DNA from: a plasmid
Sequence record: NZ_CP103154.1
DNA length: 64,000 bases
Direction: 5' to 3' (one strand)
The notes beneath the pieces are model-generated. The model had not been told where the DNA came from, did no database searches, and saw only the letters and a list, made by a program, of their open reading frames with translations. Shown here piece after piece: positions 39,833 to 51,801 of the stretch. Numbering within the stretch: the first letter of the stretch is position 1; each line of letters starts with the position of its first letter. The position numbers and the translations under genes were made by a program.

Positions 39833-40549
39833 GTGTGGCCATTCAGGAAACGTATATCGCTGAAAGATAGCGGTATATTCAAGAATTTTACCGACTGTCA
39901 CTCGCACATTCTGCCGGGTGTGGACGACGGTGTGCAGACGATGGAAGAAGCATTGGAAATACTGCGCCTGTATGAAGAGTTGGGCATAAAATCCGTATGG
40001 CTTACACCGCATATCATGGAAGATATGCCCAACACCACACTGCACCTCCGGGAGCGTTACGCTGAACTTCAAGCCACCTATAGCGGTCCGATAAAACTGC
40101 ATCTGGCCTCAGAGAACATGCTTGACAACCTCTTCGAGGAACGGTTGGAAAAGAACGATCTGCTGCCCTTGGGTGAAAGCGGTGACCATCTACTGGTGGA
40201 AACCTCCTACTTTAACCCTCCGATGGGATTGAACAACATTCTGCTCCGCATCAAGGCTAAAGGCTATTATCCCATTCTTGCCCATCCGGAACGGTATGTT
40301 TATATGGGTGAGTCGGATTATCAACAATTAAAAGACATGGGAGTGAAGTTTCAGTTCAATCTTCCATCAATAGCGGGTATGTATGGCAACCGGATTAAGA
40401 AAAAAGCCATGCTGCTATTAAAAGAAAAGGCTATTACTCATATAGGAACGGACATTCACAATTACAATATATTTCAAAAGTTCATTTGTACGAGTATTAC
40501 AAAAAATATACAAAACTGTTTAATTGATAGTCAGACTGTTATAGTTTAA
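39833..40549 (+). CDS. CpsB/YwqE-type PHP-domain protein-tyrosine phosphatase (GTG start)
   Basis: DCHSHILPGVDDG and LAHPERY PHP motifs. Confidence 0.8.
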   Translation: MWPFRKRISLKDSGIFKNFTDCHSHILPGVDDGVQTMEEALEILRLYEELGIKSVWLTPHIMEDMPNTTLHLRERYAELQATYSGPIKLHLASENMLDNLFEERLEKNDLLPLGESGDHLLVETSYFNPPMGLNNILLRIKAKGYYPILAHPERYVYMGESDYQQLKDMGVKFQFNLPSIAGMYGNRIKKKAMLLLKEKAITHIGTDIHNYNIFQKFICTSITKNIQNCLIDSQTVIV

Positions 40550-40787
40550 ATAGATTATAATTATCGGTTATTAAGACCTGTAGATTCTGTTTAACTTTTT
40601 CTCTCTAGGTGGATTTGCATAAAATACATACAAAAAAATCCAACAGGCTGGAATTCAATGGAAATTGTAACAATCGACTTGGAGCAGATACACACAATCT
40701 CTCTTTTATCCAAACCAGTCTTAAAATAAATCATTACACCCCTATCAAGCAATAGGCTTGCAACTTCAACATAAAACAACAATCCAT

Positions 40788-41765
40788 ATGTCATTAACAA
40801 AAGTTTTAGTTACTGGTGGAGCGGGATTCATCGGCTCCAATTTATGTGAGTATTTATTGGCTCACGACTATGATGTAATCTGTTTGGATAATTTTTCCAC
40901 AGGTAAACCTGAAAACATTTTTCCATTTCTACAACGATATCCGAATAAGTTTAAACTTATCGTAGGAGATATACGGAATCTGAACGATTGTAAGAAAGCT
41001 GTAGAAAATGTAGATTACGTTATGCATGAAGGAGCATTAGGCTCAGTTCCACGTTCTATCAAAGATCCTATAACTACAAATGAAACTAATATATCGGGAT
41101 TCTTAAATATGCTGACAGCCGCTCGCGATGCCAATGTAAAGCGTTTTATATATGCAGCAAGTTCTTCTACATATGGAGACAGTCAGTCTCTTCCCAAAGT
41201 AGAAGATGTGATTGGTAAACCGCTTTCGCCTTATGCCATAACAAAGTATGTAAACGAGCTTTACGCCGATGTGTTTGCCAAAACCTATGGAATGGAATGT
41301 ATCGGCTTACGATATTTCAATGTTTTCGGTCGTCGTCAAGATCCATTCGGGGCATATGCTGCGGTGATTCCTTTGTTCGTTAAGAAATTCATGGCTCATG
41401 AGAGTCCTGTCATTAACGGAGATGGTGAATATAGCCGCGATTTTACTTATATAGACAATGTGATTCAAATGAACATGCTGGCTATGACCACGACAAATCC
41501 GAATGCAACCAACCAAGTATACAATACTGCTTTCGGAGAACGCACCACATTAAACCAGTTGGTCGGTTACTTGAAAGAATTTTTGAGTGAATTTGACCCC
41601 GAAATTGCCAACGTGAAAATAATTCATGGTCCCAACCGCTTGGGGGATATTCCCCATTCCTTGGCATGTATTGATAAAGCAAAATCCCTTTTAGGTTACA
41701 ATCCTCAATACAGTATGCGTGACGGTTTGAAAGAGGCTGTCAAATGGTATTGGAAGAATATTTAA
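40788..41765 (+). CDS. NAD-dependent nucleotide-sugar 4-epimerase (WbpP/TviC-like)
   Basis: VLVTGGAGFIGSN Rossmann motif, YAITKY catalytic motif. Confidence 0.85.
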   Translation: MSLTKVLVTGGAGFIGSNLCEYLLAHDYDVICLDNFSTGKPENIFPFLQRYPNKFKLIVGDIRNLNDCKKAVENVDYVMHEGALGSVPRSIKDPITTNETNISGFLNMLTAARDANVKRFIYAASSSTYGDSQSLPKVEDVIGKPLSPYAITKYVNELYADVFAKTYGMECIGLRYFNVFGRRQDPFGAYAAVIPLFVKKFMAHESPVINGDGEYSRDFTYIDNVIQMNMLAMTTTNPNATNQVYNTAFGERTTLNQLVGYLKEFLSEFDPEIANVKIIHGPNRLGDIPHSLACIDKAKSLLGYNPQYSMRDGLKEAVKWYWKNI

Positions 41766-41787
41766 AGTAATAATAACAGATGAAATT

Positions 41788-43056
41788 ATGAATGAAACTA
41801 AAATTTGCGTAATTGGTCTTGGTTACGTAGGGCTCCCTTTGGCTCGTCTTTTCTCGACAAAGTATAAAACGATAGGTTTTGACATGAACCAAGCTCGTGT
41901 GACTGCTTTGATGGCAGGTCATGATGCGACACTCGAAGTGTCAGATGAACTACTCCAATCTGCCCTTGCCAATGGTTTTAAGTGTACTGCCAATATAGAG
42001 GAAATCCGTGATTACAATTTTTATGTAGTTGCCGTTCCCACTCCGGTAGACAAAAACAACAATCCGGATTTGACTCCGCTTTACGGTGCCAGCACAACTG
42101 TTGGTAAGGTAATCTCCAAAGGGGATATTGTGGTGTATGAATCTACTGTTTATCCAGGTGTTACAGAAGACGAATGTATCCCGGTTGTGGAAAAAGTGTC
42201 CGGATTGAAATTTAATGAAGATTTCTTTGCTGGCTATAGCCCTGAACGTATAAATCCGGGAGATAAACTTCATACAGTAGAAAAAATCAAAAAGGTTACT
42301 TCCGGTTCTACGCCTGAAATAGGTAAGAAAGTAAATGAGGTATATGCTTCTGTAATTACCGCCGGTACACATCTCGCTCCTACGATGAAAGTAGCGGAAG
42401 CAGCCAAAGTAATAGAAAACTCACAGCGTGATATCAATATCGCATTTGTGAATGAGCTATCCAAGATATTTACTAAAATGGGCATTGATACACAGGATGT
42501 ACTGGAAGCAGCTTCTACCAAATGGAATTTCCTGCCATTTAAGCCTGGGCTGGTTGGAGGCCATTGCATTGGAGTTGATCCGTATTATTTGGCTCAATGT
42601 GCACAACGTCACGGTTATAATCCTGAGATAATCTTAGCCGGTCGCCGAATGAACGACGGTATGGGGGAATATGTGGCCAACCAAGTTGCGAAATTGATGC
42701 TGAAGAAAGGAATACAGGTGCTCAACTCTCATATCCTCATATTAGGGTTTACTTTTAAAGAAAACTGTCCTGATGTGCGGAACACAAAGGTTATAGATAT
42801 TTACAATGCTTTGCGAGAGTATAACGTACATATCACCGTATATGATCCTTGGGCCAATCCTGATATAGTTACGCGAGAATATGGAATCTCGGTAACGAAC
42901 CAACATCCTTTGGATAAGAAATTCGATGCGGCAATTATAGCTGTAGCACACGAACAGTTTATAGGCTTTGATGTAAAAACGTTACTAAATGCTCAACACG
43001 TCATATTCGATGTTAAAGCTATCTTTGAAAAAAACGTTGTAGATGGTAGACTCTAA
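41788..43056 (+). CDS. UDP-N-acetyl-hexosamine 6-dehydrogenase (WbpO/TviB/Cap5O-like)
   Basis: VIGLGYVGLP NAD-binding, catalytic Cys in GGHCIGVDP. Confidence 0.9.
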   Translation: MNETKICVIGLGYVGLPLARLFSTKYKTIGFDMNQARVTALMAGHDATLEVSDELLQSALANGFKCTANIEEIRDYNFYVVAVPTPVDKNNNPDLTPLYGASTTVGKVISKGDIVVYESTVYPGVTEDECIPVVEKVSGLKFNEDFFAGYSPERINPGDKLHTVEKIKKVTSGSTPEIGKKVNEVYASVITAGTHLAPTMKVAEAAKVIENSQRDINIAFVNELSKIFTKMGIDTQDVLEAASTKWNFLPFKPGLVGGHCIGVDPYYLAQCAQRHGYNPEIILAGRRMNDGMGEYVANQVAKLMLKKGIQVLNSHILILGFTFKENCPDVRNTKVIDIYNALREYNVHITVYDPWANPDIVTREYGISVTNQHPLDKKFDAAIIAVAHEQFIGFDVKTLLNAQHVIFDVKAIFEKNVVDGRL

Positions 43057-44042
43057 TCGGATTGTCTCCTTTGACATATTGAAAGGGGGAGGAATTTTAT
43101 TGGTCATCCTTGGTCATATACAAATCCCTTACATGTTGAAAACCGTTATTTACAGTTTTCACATGCCCCTTTTCTTTTTGTGTCAGGCTGTTTCTTTCGT
43201 CCAATCAGTTTGAGAGAGTTTTTTGCAAAAAAGACCAGACAATTACTGATTCCTTGGGCCTTTTTGCCTTTTTTGTTGTTCGCATATTTGTTCGTTTTGA
43301 AACTTAACGAAACTCATAATTGGGCAAAAGCGATCTCGCTCCCTGTAACGAGTATGTTTGATGGTTTTCTCGGTGATGAAAACTCTTTTATTTTATTTCA
43401 TGTAATTTGGTTTTTAATTTGTTTGTTCGAGGTTTCATTCGTTTATTTATTGATACATAAAATCACCCCTACAATAAAGCATTAACAATCAGCGCATTAT
43501 GTATATTATTATATGGAGTAGGATATTGGTTAAATGCTAATAACATTGATTTGCCATATTTTATTGACACAACAATGTCTACCTTGATTTATTACCATCT
43601 TGGTTTTTGCTTCATGCGGAACAAATGGTACGGCATGAAGGTTTCACCGATATACTCATTATTCTTGCTTATTATCGCCATTGTTTTCATCGTTCTATTT
43701 CCCTCTTACGTTGACTTAAAATCAAACAATTTTCCATTGCATCTATTGTTGCTTTCAATGGTTTTTATTATGAATTTTTATTGGTTTATCAATTCATATT
43801 TTAATTCGAGAAAGCTGAAACTTATTCCATTGGATAAAATATTGATTTGGTGTGGAATTAACAGTTTGGCATTATTGGGGCTACATATATTATTTGTAGA
43901 TACATTCTGGATCGTGCGCAATAAGTTACATCTTGTAAACTACAGTTGGACCATATTGGAATTTGCACTCATTGTTGCAATATGCTATTTTGCGACAACC
44001 TTAATAAAAAGATACATTCCGTCTGTATTAGGAAGATCATAA
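43043..44042 (+). pseudogene. acyltransferase family 3 (O-acetyltransferase) membrane protein broken by at least 2 frameshifts (~43175 in T-run, ~43490-43550)
   Basis: Own translation: DILKGGGILLVILGHIQ...FHMPLFF then frame switch into ORF 43180-43485, then ORF 43551-44042. Confidence 0.6.
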
Positions 44043-44049
44043 GCTTGCT

Positions 44050-45582
44050 ATGAATAAGACATCGTCCGTAAATAATAAAAAAATATTCAAGAATACAGTG
44101 GCACTTTATGCACGTATGTTGCTGTCCATGATTGTATCACTATATACATCACGGATCGTGTTAAATGCACTTGGTGTAGATGATTATGGCATTTATGGAC
44201 TTGTCGGCGGTATTGTTGTCCTATTTAGCTTTTTGAATGTAACGATGAGTGGAGCGACTTCACGCTTTCTTACAGTCGAACTTGCCAAAAATGACCCTCG
44301 ACAACTCCAACAAACATTCAATACAGCCTTTATATTACATATAGGAATTGCAATTATAGTCTTGTTTTTGGCTGAAACGGTCGGACTTTGGCTGTTATTC
44401 GAAAAATTGAACATTCCAGATGAGAGAATGAGTGCAGCTGTTTGGGTGTATCAATTTTCAATAATTTCCTCAATGGTCAGCATCACTCAAGTTCCATACA
44501 ATGCGACTCTTATTTCGCACGAAAAAATGGACGTGTATGCTATTGTGGAAATTGTTGGATCACTGTTGAAGTTGCTGATCGCTACACTTCTACTTATTAC
44601 AGTATGTGATAAGCTCATTTTATATGGAGGACTTATGCTCTTATCTTCATTCTTGATTGCAATGACATATCGCATTTATTGCATTAGGCATTATGACGAA
44701 TGCCGGATTAATTGGGAATGGAATAAGGTTATCGGCCGTTCTCTGTTTAGCTTTTCAGGATGGAATCTTTATTCCAATATTTGCTTTACTACTCGTCAAC
44801 AGGGAACAAATATGTTGCTTAATATATTTGGCAGTACAGCTGTTAATGCCGCAGCCGGATTGGCAACAACTGTGCAACTGATGATTGAACAAGTATCAAC
44901 CAATTTGGTAATGGCTTCGAGGCCGCAAATTATAAAGCAATACGCATTGACCGATTTCAATGCCATGATACAATTACTAAAGCAAACTACTTGTTTGGCA
45001 AATGTGTTATATCTGTTGGTTGCTATTCCTTTTATCTCTGAAATACATTATGTAATGAATTTATGGCTCGTGGAAGTTCCTCCATATACAATTGAATTCT
45101 GTATTTTATTGATAGTCTCAAGCTTCATATCATTGAATAATAATATTATATATATTGGAATACAAGCTGTCGGACGTTTGAAATTTTATTCATTTATGGC
45201 GGGGACAGTATCATTATCAGTCATTCCGATACTTTGGTTATTGTTTAGTAAAGGTATCGGCTTGACTTGGGCTTTTGGATTGCCTATAGTGAGCACATTA
45301 TTGATTTATATCGTTTGCTCATATACACTCCATCATTATGTTGAAGATTTCAAACCGATACGTTTTTTCTTCACAACGATGGTAGTGAATCTTTTCATAA
45401 GTATTCCTTCTTTTACCGCAATCCTACTCATACAACATATCTTGGTTGAGTCCTTTACAAGAGTGATTATCGTGGCTCTTAGTTCTTCAATAATATTGGT
45501 TGTTCTGTCCTATTATGTGCTATTAGACAAAGAAAATAAGAAAAAAGTAAAAGCATTGATTTTAAACAAATTAAAACGATGA
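44050..45582 (+). CDS. wzx: Wzx-type oligosaccharide flippase (MOP superfamily)
   Basis: 510 aa, ~12-14 TM. Confidence 0.8.
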   Translation: MNKTSSVNNKKIFKNTVALYARMLLSMIVSLYTSRIVLNALGVDDYGIYGLVGGIVVLFSFLNVTMSGATSRFLTVELAKNDPRQLQQTFNTAFILHIGIAIIVLFLAETVGLWLLFEKLNIPDERMSAAVWVYQFSIISSMVSITQVPYNATLISHEKMDVYAIVEIVGSLLKLLIATLLLITVCDKLILYGGLMLLSSFLIAMTYRIYCIRHYDECRINWEWNKVIGRSLFSFSGWNLYSNICFTTRQQGTNMLLNIFGSTAVNAAAGLATTVQLMIEQVSTNLVMASRPQIIKQYALTDFNAMIQLLKQTTCLANVLYLLVAIPFISEIHYVMNLWLVEVPPYTIEFCILLIVSSFISLNNNIIYIGIQAVGRLKFYSFMAGTVSLSVIPILWLLFSKGIGLTWAFGLPIVSTLLIYIVCSYTLHHYVEDFKPIRFFFTTMVVNLFISIPSFTAILLIQHILVESFTRVIIVALSSSIILVVLSYYVLLDKENKKKVKALILNKLKR

Positions 45583-46913
45583 ATAAAAACATACTTATAA
45601 TTACTCCTTTTTTTCCGCCACAGACTCATGCTGCGGTATTTAGGGCATTTAAACTTGTAAAATATCTTAAACGTACAGGTTGGAATCCGATAGTACTGAC
45701 GGTTAATCGTAATTATCTATATTTAGAAGATCCTGATTTGTTGGACGAAGTCCAAGACGTGCCTATTTATCAAGCCAATTATATAGAACCGACATTGCGC
45801 GGCCTTAGAATGTTGCTTGGAGGAGAAGATACTTCACTCAAAGCCATTACAGCCAAAGCAAAAACTATTGGTGCACAGTCAAAAAGCACGGATACAGTCA
45901 CCTCTAACAAGCAATCTTTATTCGGTAAGTTTTATAAATATATACTAGACCGATGGATTCAAGTTCCCGACCGCTTTAGATTCTGGGAAAGAAGTGCCGT
46001 GAGGATGGGACGAAAAATAATTAAAGAACATGATATATCTATCATATATACCACTTGCCTGCCTTTTACCTCAAATAGAATCGGTATGCGACTTAAACAT
46101 CTAACCGGAGTAAAATGGGTTGCTGATTTCAGGGATCCTACCACATACGCTAAGCGAATGTATTCTGATTATTTTCCTGTTTTTGCCAAGCAAAAGAAAA
46201 TTGAACAAGATACTTTTAAATACGCTGATGCTATTACTGGTCTGTCGGGAGCATACCTGAATATATTTAATGATTTATATGAGGGACGATACTCAAATAA
46301 ATCATATTTTATTCCAACTGGAGTAGATGATGATTATTTGCCTTCTTTTCAAAATAGAGAAAAAGAGAATTATATAATATTCGTGGGTGAATACCTCCAT
46401 GAATATAAAGATAATTTCTTGAAAATATTTGCCGAAGCTGTCAATTCTAAGGAATTAAAAGGCAAGGGTTGCACCCTTAAAATTGTGGGTAATAAGAATA
46501 TCAATCAAAAACAAACGGAAGAATTTGTCAATGATTTGGGAATCTGTAACAACGTGGAATATATCAATCATGTACCGCAGCGTAAATTGTATGAATTGAT
46601 AGTTAATGCAAAAGCAGCAGTACTTATTCCCGGACACACGGCTTTATGGTGGACTAATTTCGCAAAAATGGTCGATTATATCGCATTACAAGTGCCTGTA
46701 TTAGCAATGGTGCCCATGACTAGCGAAGCACGAACCGAATTGATAAAAGCAGGCATAGGTATTTTTATAGATACTCCTCAGCAAGGTGTTACTGTCATCA
46801 AACAAGTATTTAGCGAAAAATTTCCAATGACGGCAAACAAAGAATATTGCCGCCGTTACTTGGCATCGCAACAAACAAAATCTTTCATTGATATTTTCCA
46901 AAAAATACAATAG
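45579..46913 (+). CDS. glycosyltransferase (GT-B fold, GT4-like)
   Basis: Size and layout; overlaps wzx stop. Confidence 0.6.
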   Translation: MNKNILIITPFFPPQTHAAVFRAFKLVKYLKRTGWNPIVLTVNRNYLYLEDPDLLDEVQDVPIYQANYIEPTLRGLRMLLGGEDTSLKAITAKAKTIGAQSKSTDTVTSNKQSLFGKFYKYILDRWIQVPDRFRFWERSAVRMGRKIIKEHDISIIYTTCLPFTSNRIGMRLKHLTGVKWVADFRDPTTYAKRMYSDYFPVFAKQKKIEQDTFKYADAITGLSGAYLNIFNDLYEGRYSNKSYFIPTGVDDDYLPSFQNREKENYIIFVGEYLHEYKDNFLKIFAEAVNSKELKGKGCTLKIVGNKNINQKQTEEFVNDLGICNNVEYINHVPQRKLYELIVNAKAAVLIPGHTALWWTNFAKMVDYIALQVPVLAMVPMTSEARTELIKAGIGIFIDTPQQGVTVIKQVFSEKFPMTANKEYCRRYLASQQTKSFIDIFQKIQ

Positions 46914-46915
46914 AG

Positions 46916-48091
46916 ATGCATATAGCGTTTTTAACTACAGAATATCCGATATTGGGTATGAAATGTGGCGGAATCGGAATTTTTATCAAACATTTGTCTC
47001 ATCTTATCGTTAAGAGTGAGACTGGTGTGAAGGTATCAGTTGTGTATTGGGGCAATAAGTTTACAGAAACTGTGTGGGACGATGGTATATCTGTGATACC
47101 TATAAACCAGCCTCATAAGTCTCCATTTTCTTCTTTTATCAATAGAAGGTATCTAAATAAAAAGTTAAATCTATTAGTGGCAAAGATTGGCATCGACCTC
47201 GTTGAATCTATCGACTGGGAGGGACCTTTGGCTTTTTGTAGTTTATCTGTACCAGTAGTTACAAGATTACATGGTTCAAATGTGTATTTCGATCATTTGT
47301 CTGGAAACAAAACTCCATGGAACGTACGGCTTATGGAATATAATGCTTTGCGTAATTCTGATGCCTATATAGGAGTTAGCCGACAGGCTCTCGACCTGAC
47401 GGATAAATTATTCAGTCTGTCTTCGAATAAGAGAAAATGTGTAATATATAATCCTGTGGATATAAACATGCCCCCTCTTTCATCTAGTGACATGAACAAA
47501 AATACAATAACGATACTTTATTGGGGGACAATTGTTGAGAAAAAGGGGGTACTTGATTTGCCTCTTATTTTCAACAGGATATGCGAGCAAAACGACAATG
47601 TCAAACTCATTCTCATCGGACAGGATGCAGTAGTGAATGGTTCTTCGACATGGGAAAAATGCAAATCTCTCTTTTCAAAGCAATCGATCGGTTGTGTATC
47701 GTATTTAGGTCGCTTACCTTATGACAAGACTATGTCATACGCTAACAGTGCCGATATTTGCATATTTCCAAGCCATGCAGAAACTTTCGGTTTGGTCTTA
47801 CTGGAGGCAATGTTACTGCGGAAGGCAATTGTTTGTTCCGATATCGATTGTTTTCAAGAGATTATAGGAGACAGTAACTGTGTTTGCAAATGCAGGGTGA
47901 AACGTATCGATGAATTTGCAGAGGCTTTGCAACGGCTAATCTCGAATCCCATTTATAGGTGTGAACAAGCCGACAGGGCTTATCTAAATGCAACTGCTAG
48001 ATTCAACACCAACGAGATAGTGGCACAAAACATCGAATTTTACAATCGAGTTATAAGAGATAGCTCCAAACATCATGTAGAAGAATCCTAA
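46916..48091 (+). CDS. glycosyltransferase family 4
   Basis: ETFGLVLLEAMLLRKAIVCSDI (E-x7-E region). Confidence 0.8.
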   Translation: MHIAFLTTEYPILGMKCGGIGIFIKHLSHLIVKSETGVKVSVVYWGNKFTETVWDDGISVIPINQPHKSPFSSFINRRYLNKKLNLLVAKIGIDLVESIDWEGPLAFCSLSVPVVTRLHGSNVYFDHLSGNKTPWNVRLMEYNALRNSDAYIGVSRQALDLTDKLFSLSSNKRKCVIYNPVDINMPPLSSSDMNKNTITILYWGTIVEKKGVLDLPLIFNRICEQNDNVKLILIGQDAVVNGSSTWEKCKSLFSKQSIGCVSYLGRLPYDKTMSYANSADICIFPSHAETFGLVLLEAMLLRKAIVCSDIDCFQEIIGDSNCVCKCRVKRIDEFAEALQRLISNPIYRCEQADRAYLNATARFNTNEIVAQNIEFYNRVIRDSSKHHVEES

Positions 48092-48298
48092 CTCAACTGC
48101 TTTATTAGAAAATTTAAACGGACTTTTTATTTATAAAATCACATATTCATACGAAGGGGAGTTAAGGCTTTTTTTGTATTGCCATCTTGAAGAAAGTCAA
48201 ACATTTCAGTACAACTACGTAAAATATAGAAATGCTTCATTATAGTGAAATTTCTGATAGAGTATAATTCCTAAACGAAGTGATTAATTTCTTAACTC

Positions 48299-49228
48299 TT
48301 GATTCATATTATTCATAAACGCCTTATGCAAAAAGGGATAAGCATTATTTTGCCCACACTTAATCGGGCTGATTATCTGGCAAGTACAGTTGATTGCTTA
48401 ATAGAGCAAGATTTTGGGGAGCCGTATGAAATAATTATTGTAGACCAATCGGCAGCCATTGACAGTACTATGTATAGTCGTGCAAAAGATAGTGATACAT
48501 TGATTAAGTACTATCATGTGACTGAATTTAGAGGGCTACCTGAAGCTCGTAATTTCGGTGTGCAACACACACAATACGCCTACATCCTATTTCTAGATGA
48601 TGATATCGAGTGTGACTGCAACCTGCTCAAAGAGCATTACAAGTTCTTGTCACAACCTGATATCGCAGTAGTGGCAGGGGGAATTACAGAAAAATATAAG
48701 AATAATCCCAAATCGAAAAATGTAGGCAAGTTCCATTTCTATACGGCAACTCCAGAACGGGGATTCCACATTAATCATAAAGAATATGTAGATCATGGCG
48801 GAGGTGGAAATTATAGCATAAAAAAAGACATATTTTTAGAAGTTGGTGGTGTTGATGAATATTTGAATTATGGAGCTGCTCTATATGAAGAAACCGAAAT
48901 ATGTTTACGAGTAAAGGAACTTGGATACAAAGTTTTTTTTAATTATGATGCTCATGTATGGCACTTGGCTGCTGATACAGGCGGTTGCAGGGTTCTGGAT
49001 ATCAATCGCTATATTGCTTCATTAGTACATAACCGGGCTTTATTGATTAGCCGTCATCTCAAATGGTATCATAGGCCGACTGCTTACATCTATTTGTTGC
49101 GTCTTGTTGCATCATACGCTTTTACTTACCGCAATCCCGGACTGTTTAGACTTTTTGCAAAAACTTATAAAGAAGGTTATAAAAAAGGAAAACTAACTCC
49201 TAAATATACTCATTATGCAAACATCTAA
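48299..49228 (+). CDS. glycosyltransferase family 2 (TTG start; ATG at 48326 more likely)
   Basis: ISIILPTLNRADYL...IIIVDQS, DDD motif. Confidence 0.8.
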   Translation: MIHIIHKRLMQKGISIILPTLNRADYLASTVDCLIEQDFGEPYEIIIVDQSAAIDSTMYSRAKDSDTLIKYYHVTEFRGLPEARNFGVQHTQYAYILFLDDDIECDCNLLKEHYKFLSQPDIAVVAGGITEKYKNNPKSKNVGKFHFYTATPERGFHINHKEYVDHGGGGNYSIKKDIFLEVGGVDEYLNYGAALYEETEICLRVKELGYKVFFNYDAHVWHLAADTGGCRVLDINRYIASLVHNRALLISRHLKWYHRPTAYIYLLRLVASYAFTYRNPGLFRLFAKTYKEGYKKGKLTPKYTHYANI

Positions 49229-50315
49229 CAAACACATTTTTATTGTAACCTATGATTATCCACCAAGTAATGGTGGTATTGCAAGGCTTTGTTTTGAACT
49301 GAAAAAATATTTAGAGAAAAAAGGACTGAATGTTACAGTCATTTGTCCCCAAAGTACTTCTACCGATGCAGAGGAGGATAATAATGTGGTGAGATTGCAT
49401 GGAAGAAGAGGAATATTGGAGTTGCGTACATTGAAGTATTTACGCAAAAAAACTGTTCCCGGTGATATTGTAATTACCGGGAATTATCATCCAGAGGGAA
49501 TGCTGTCTCTATTGTCAAACAGAGAAACCTATATATTGGCACATGGAGCCGAATATCTTGCCGGAAAGAGTTTTTTCCGACGCTGTATTTGGCCTACTTA
49601 TCGACGTTTTATACTAAGAAACGCCTCTTGCGTGATTGCTAACAGTCATTATACAGAGACATTAGTAAAACATTGTTCTCCAAATGCTAAAACAATCGCT
49701 ATTCCGTTAGCGGTTGATGCAATTCATTTTCGCCCTACTTGTGAAAAATATAAGGATGGCTTGCTACACCTCTGTTCTATTTCTCGATTGGAAAAATTTA
49801 AAGGACATGATTTTATTATCCGGACGATAGCTTCTTTACCGGCAAAGTATAAGCAACAAGTGCGATTGCATCTCGGAGGTAAAGGAAAATATAAGAGTGC
49901 ACTTGAGCGGATGGTTACCGATTTAGGATTGTCAGATATTGTATCATTTGAAGGTTTCATTGATGATAATAAACTTTGCGATTTCTATTCAGCCTCGCAT
50001 ATATTCATTCTCTGTACACGTGAAGAAGCGGATAATAGGAATGTAGAAGGATACGGGCTTGTTTTTGCCGAAGCGCAAGCTTGTGGAACCGCCGTTATAG
50101 GTACTCGTACAGGTGGCATTCCCGATGCTGTCGAGGAGAATAATGGCGGTTGGTTGATACATCAGGACGCCCACGAAGAATTGGAGAATTTACTCATTAA
50201 GTTAATCGACGATAAATCTCTTGCTATAAATGAAGGTCGTAATGCACGTCGGCGCATAGAAGCTAAAATTACGTGGGAACATTATGTGGACCAAATTTGT
50301 GATGTCATTTTATGA
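49215..50315 (+). CDS. glycosyltransferase family 4
   Basis: EGYGLVFAEAQACGTAVIGTRTGGIPD. Confidence 0.8.
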   Translation: MQTSNKHIFIVTYDYPPSNGGIARLCFELKKYLEKKGLNVTVICPQSTSTDAEEDNNVVRLHGRRGILELRTLKYLRKKTVPGDIVITGNYHPEGMLSLLSNRETYILAHGAEYLAGKSFFRRCIWPTYRRFILRNASCVIANSHYTETLVKHCSPNAKTIAIPLAVDAIHFRPTCEKYKDGLLHLCSISRLEKFKGHDFIIRTIASLPAKYKQQVRLHLGGKGKYKSALERMVTDLGLSDIVSFEGFIDDNKLCDFYSASHIFILCTREEADNRNVEGYGLVFAEAQACGTAVIGTRTGGIPDAVEENNGGWLIHQDAHEELENLLIKLIDDKSLAINEGRNARRRIEAKITWEHYVDQICDVIL

Positions 50316-51400
50316 GTATTAGTCTATATATAGCCTTATATTACAACTTGTTGCTGCTATTAGTTGTTTACATCGCTATTCAACCGGTCAGGGCAGAAAC
50401 AGTAAGACAGCCTTATATCAACAACCAGATATTTAGCCTTGCTTTACTCTTGATTGTATATGTTCATGTAACTTTCCGACCGACCGATTATCACTACTTT
50501 GGAGATACTTCAGCTTATGCCATGGCTTTCCAAAAGAAAGCCTTCTATGGTACGGTTGCTATAAGAGATAGAGATATTGGTTTTGAGTATCTTACCTATT
50601 GGCTTTCACAACTCGTCAATTTAAAAGGGTATTGGTTTGTTCTTTGCTCATTATATATATTGCCTGTTTTCTTTGCTTTAAAGAAACGATTCAAACAACA
50701 ATATGCTGTAGCACTAGTGTTGTTCGTTTGTTCTTTGAGTTTTTGGGGATACGGAGTAAATGGACTGCGTAACGGAATAGCTACATCGTTAGTTATCTTC
50801 TCTTTTCTTGTTCCAAACAACGATATTAAACGAATTCCTGTTTGGATTATAGCATGTCTTTTCCATCAATCCGTCATGTTGCCAATTGGCTGTTTCTTGC
50901 TGACCCGACTTTCAAATAATCCCAAACACTACTTATACTTATGGGGAACGTTTTTCCTGCTTATGCTTGTTGCACGTGATTCTTTCTCCACTTTGTTGAC
51001 AAACATTCCTTGGTTTGAACAGGATAAAAGGATGTCTGAATATTTGAATATGTCTTATAAAGGCATGGAGCAAATGTTCTCTAATATTGGATTTCGCTGG
51101 GACTTCATTATTTATAGTTTGATACCCATTATCGCAGGAGTGAAATATATCTATACATATTGCTACGAAGACAAATTGTTTATCCGTTTATTTAATACTT
51201 ATATAGCAAGTAATGCGTTCTGGCTATTGACCATTCATGTACCGTATAATAACAGATTTGCTTATCTATCTTGGTTTCTTTATCCTATAGTATTGATATA
51301 TCCCTTGCTAAAAGATAACTTAATAAATAACCAGGGAGAACGAATAAAATGGATTATTCTATGTTATTATATGTTCACTTATGTAATGTGGATAAAATAA
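50312..51400 (+). CDS. wzy: Wzy/EpsG-family polysaccharide polymerase (membrane)
   Basis: ~10 TM, 362 aa, position after the GTs. Confidence 0.7.
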   Translation: MSISLYIALYYNLLLLLVVYIAIQPVRAETVRQPYINNQIFSLALLLIVYVHVTFRPTDYHYFGDTSAYAMAFQKKAFYGTVAIRDRDIGFEYLTYWLSQLVNLKGYWFVLCSLYILPVFFALKKRFKQQYAVALVLFVCSLSFWGYGVNGLRNGIATSLVIFSFLVPNNDIKRIPVWIIACLFHQSVMLPIGCFLLTRLSNNPKHYLYLWGTFFLLMLVARDSFSTLLTNIPWFEQDKRMSEYLNMSYKGMEQMFSNIGFRWDFIIYSLIPIIAGVKYIYTYCYEDKLFIRLFNTYIASNAFWLLTIHVPYNNRFAYLSWFLYPIVLIYPLLKDNLINNQGERIKWIILCYYMFTYVMWIK

Positions 51401-51801
51401 AATACAAAACAATAGAAAAAGATTTTTATGAAAGATTTTTAGAATGTATTTATAACCATAGAACAACCAAAACTAATCAGAAATATCCGAGTGTAAATCT
51501 TTAATTACCAGCATATTCTAAAATTTAACACTTTTCGGTTGCCATTTGTCGCTTCCCAAATTTCCACATATTTTTGAGACGTATTTCTGACGTGGAGAAT
51601 TTGCGGGGCTTGTTTTTTGTCACACCGTGCAGACAGTTGACAAGGGTTTACAACCGTTTACGACAAGCGACAATAACCGCCCCGATATGCGGAAACAGTC
51701 ACACTGTGTAGAAAAGCGACAATGGTTGACTTCCGTTCACATCCGTTTACCATTTCAGAGATATAGGATTGAAGAAATGAACCATTAAACGATAAAACGG
51801 T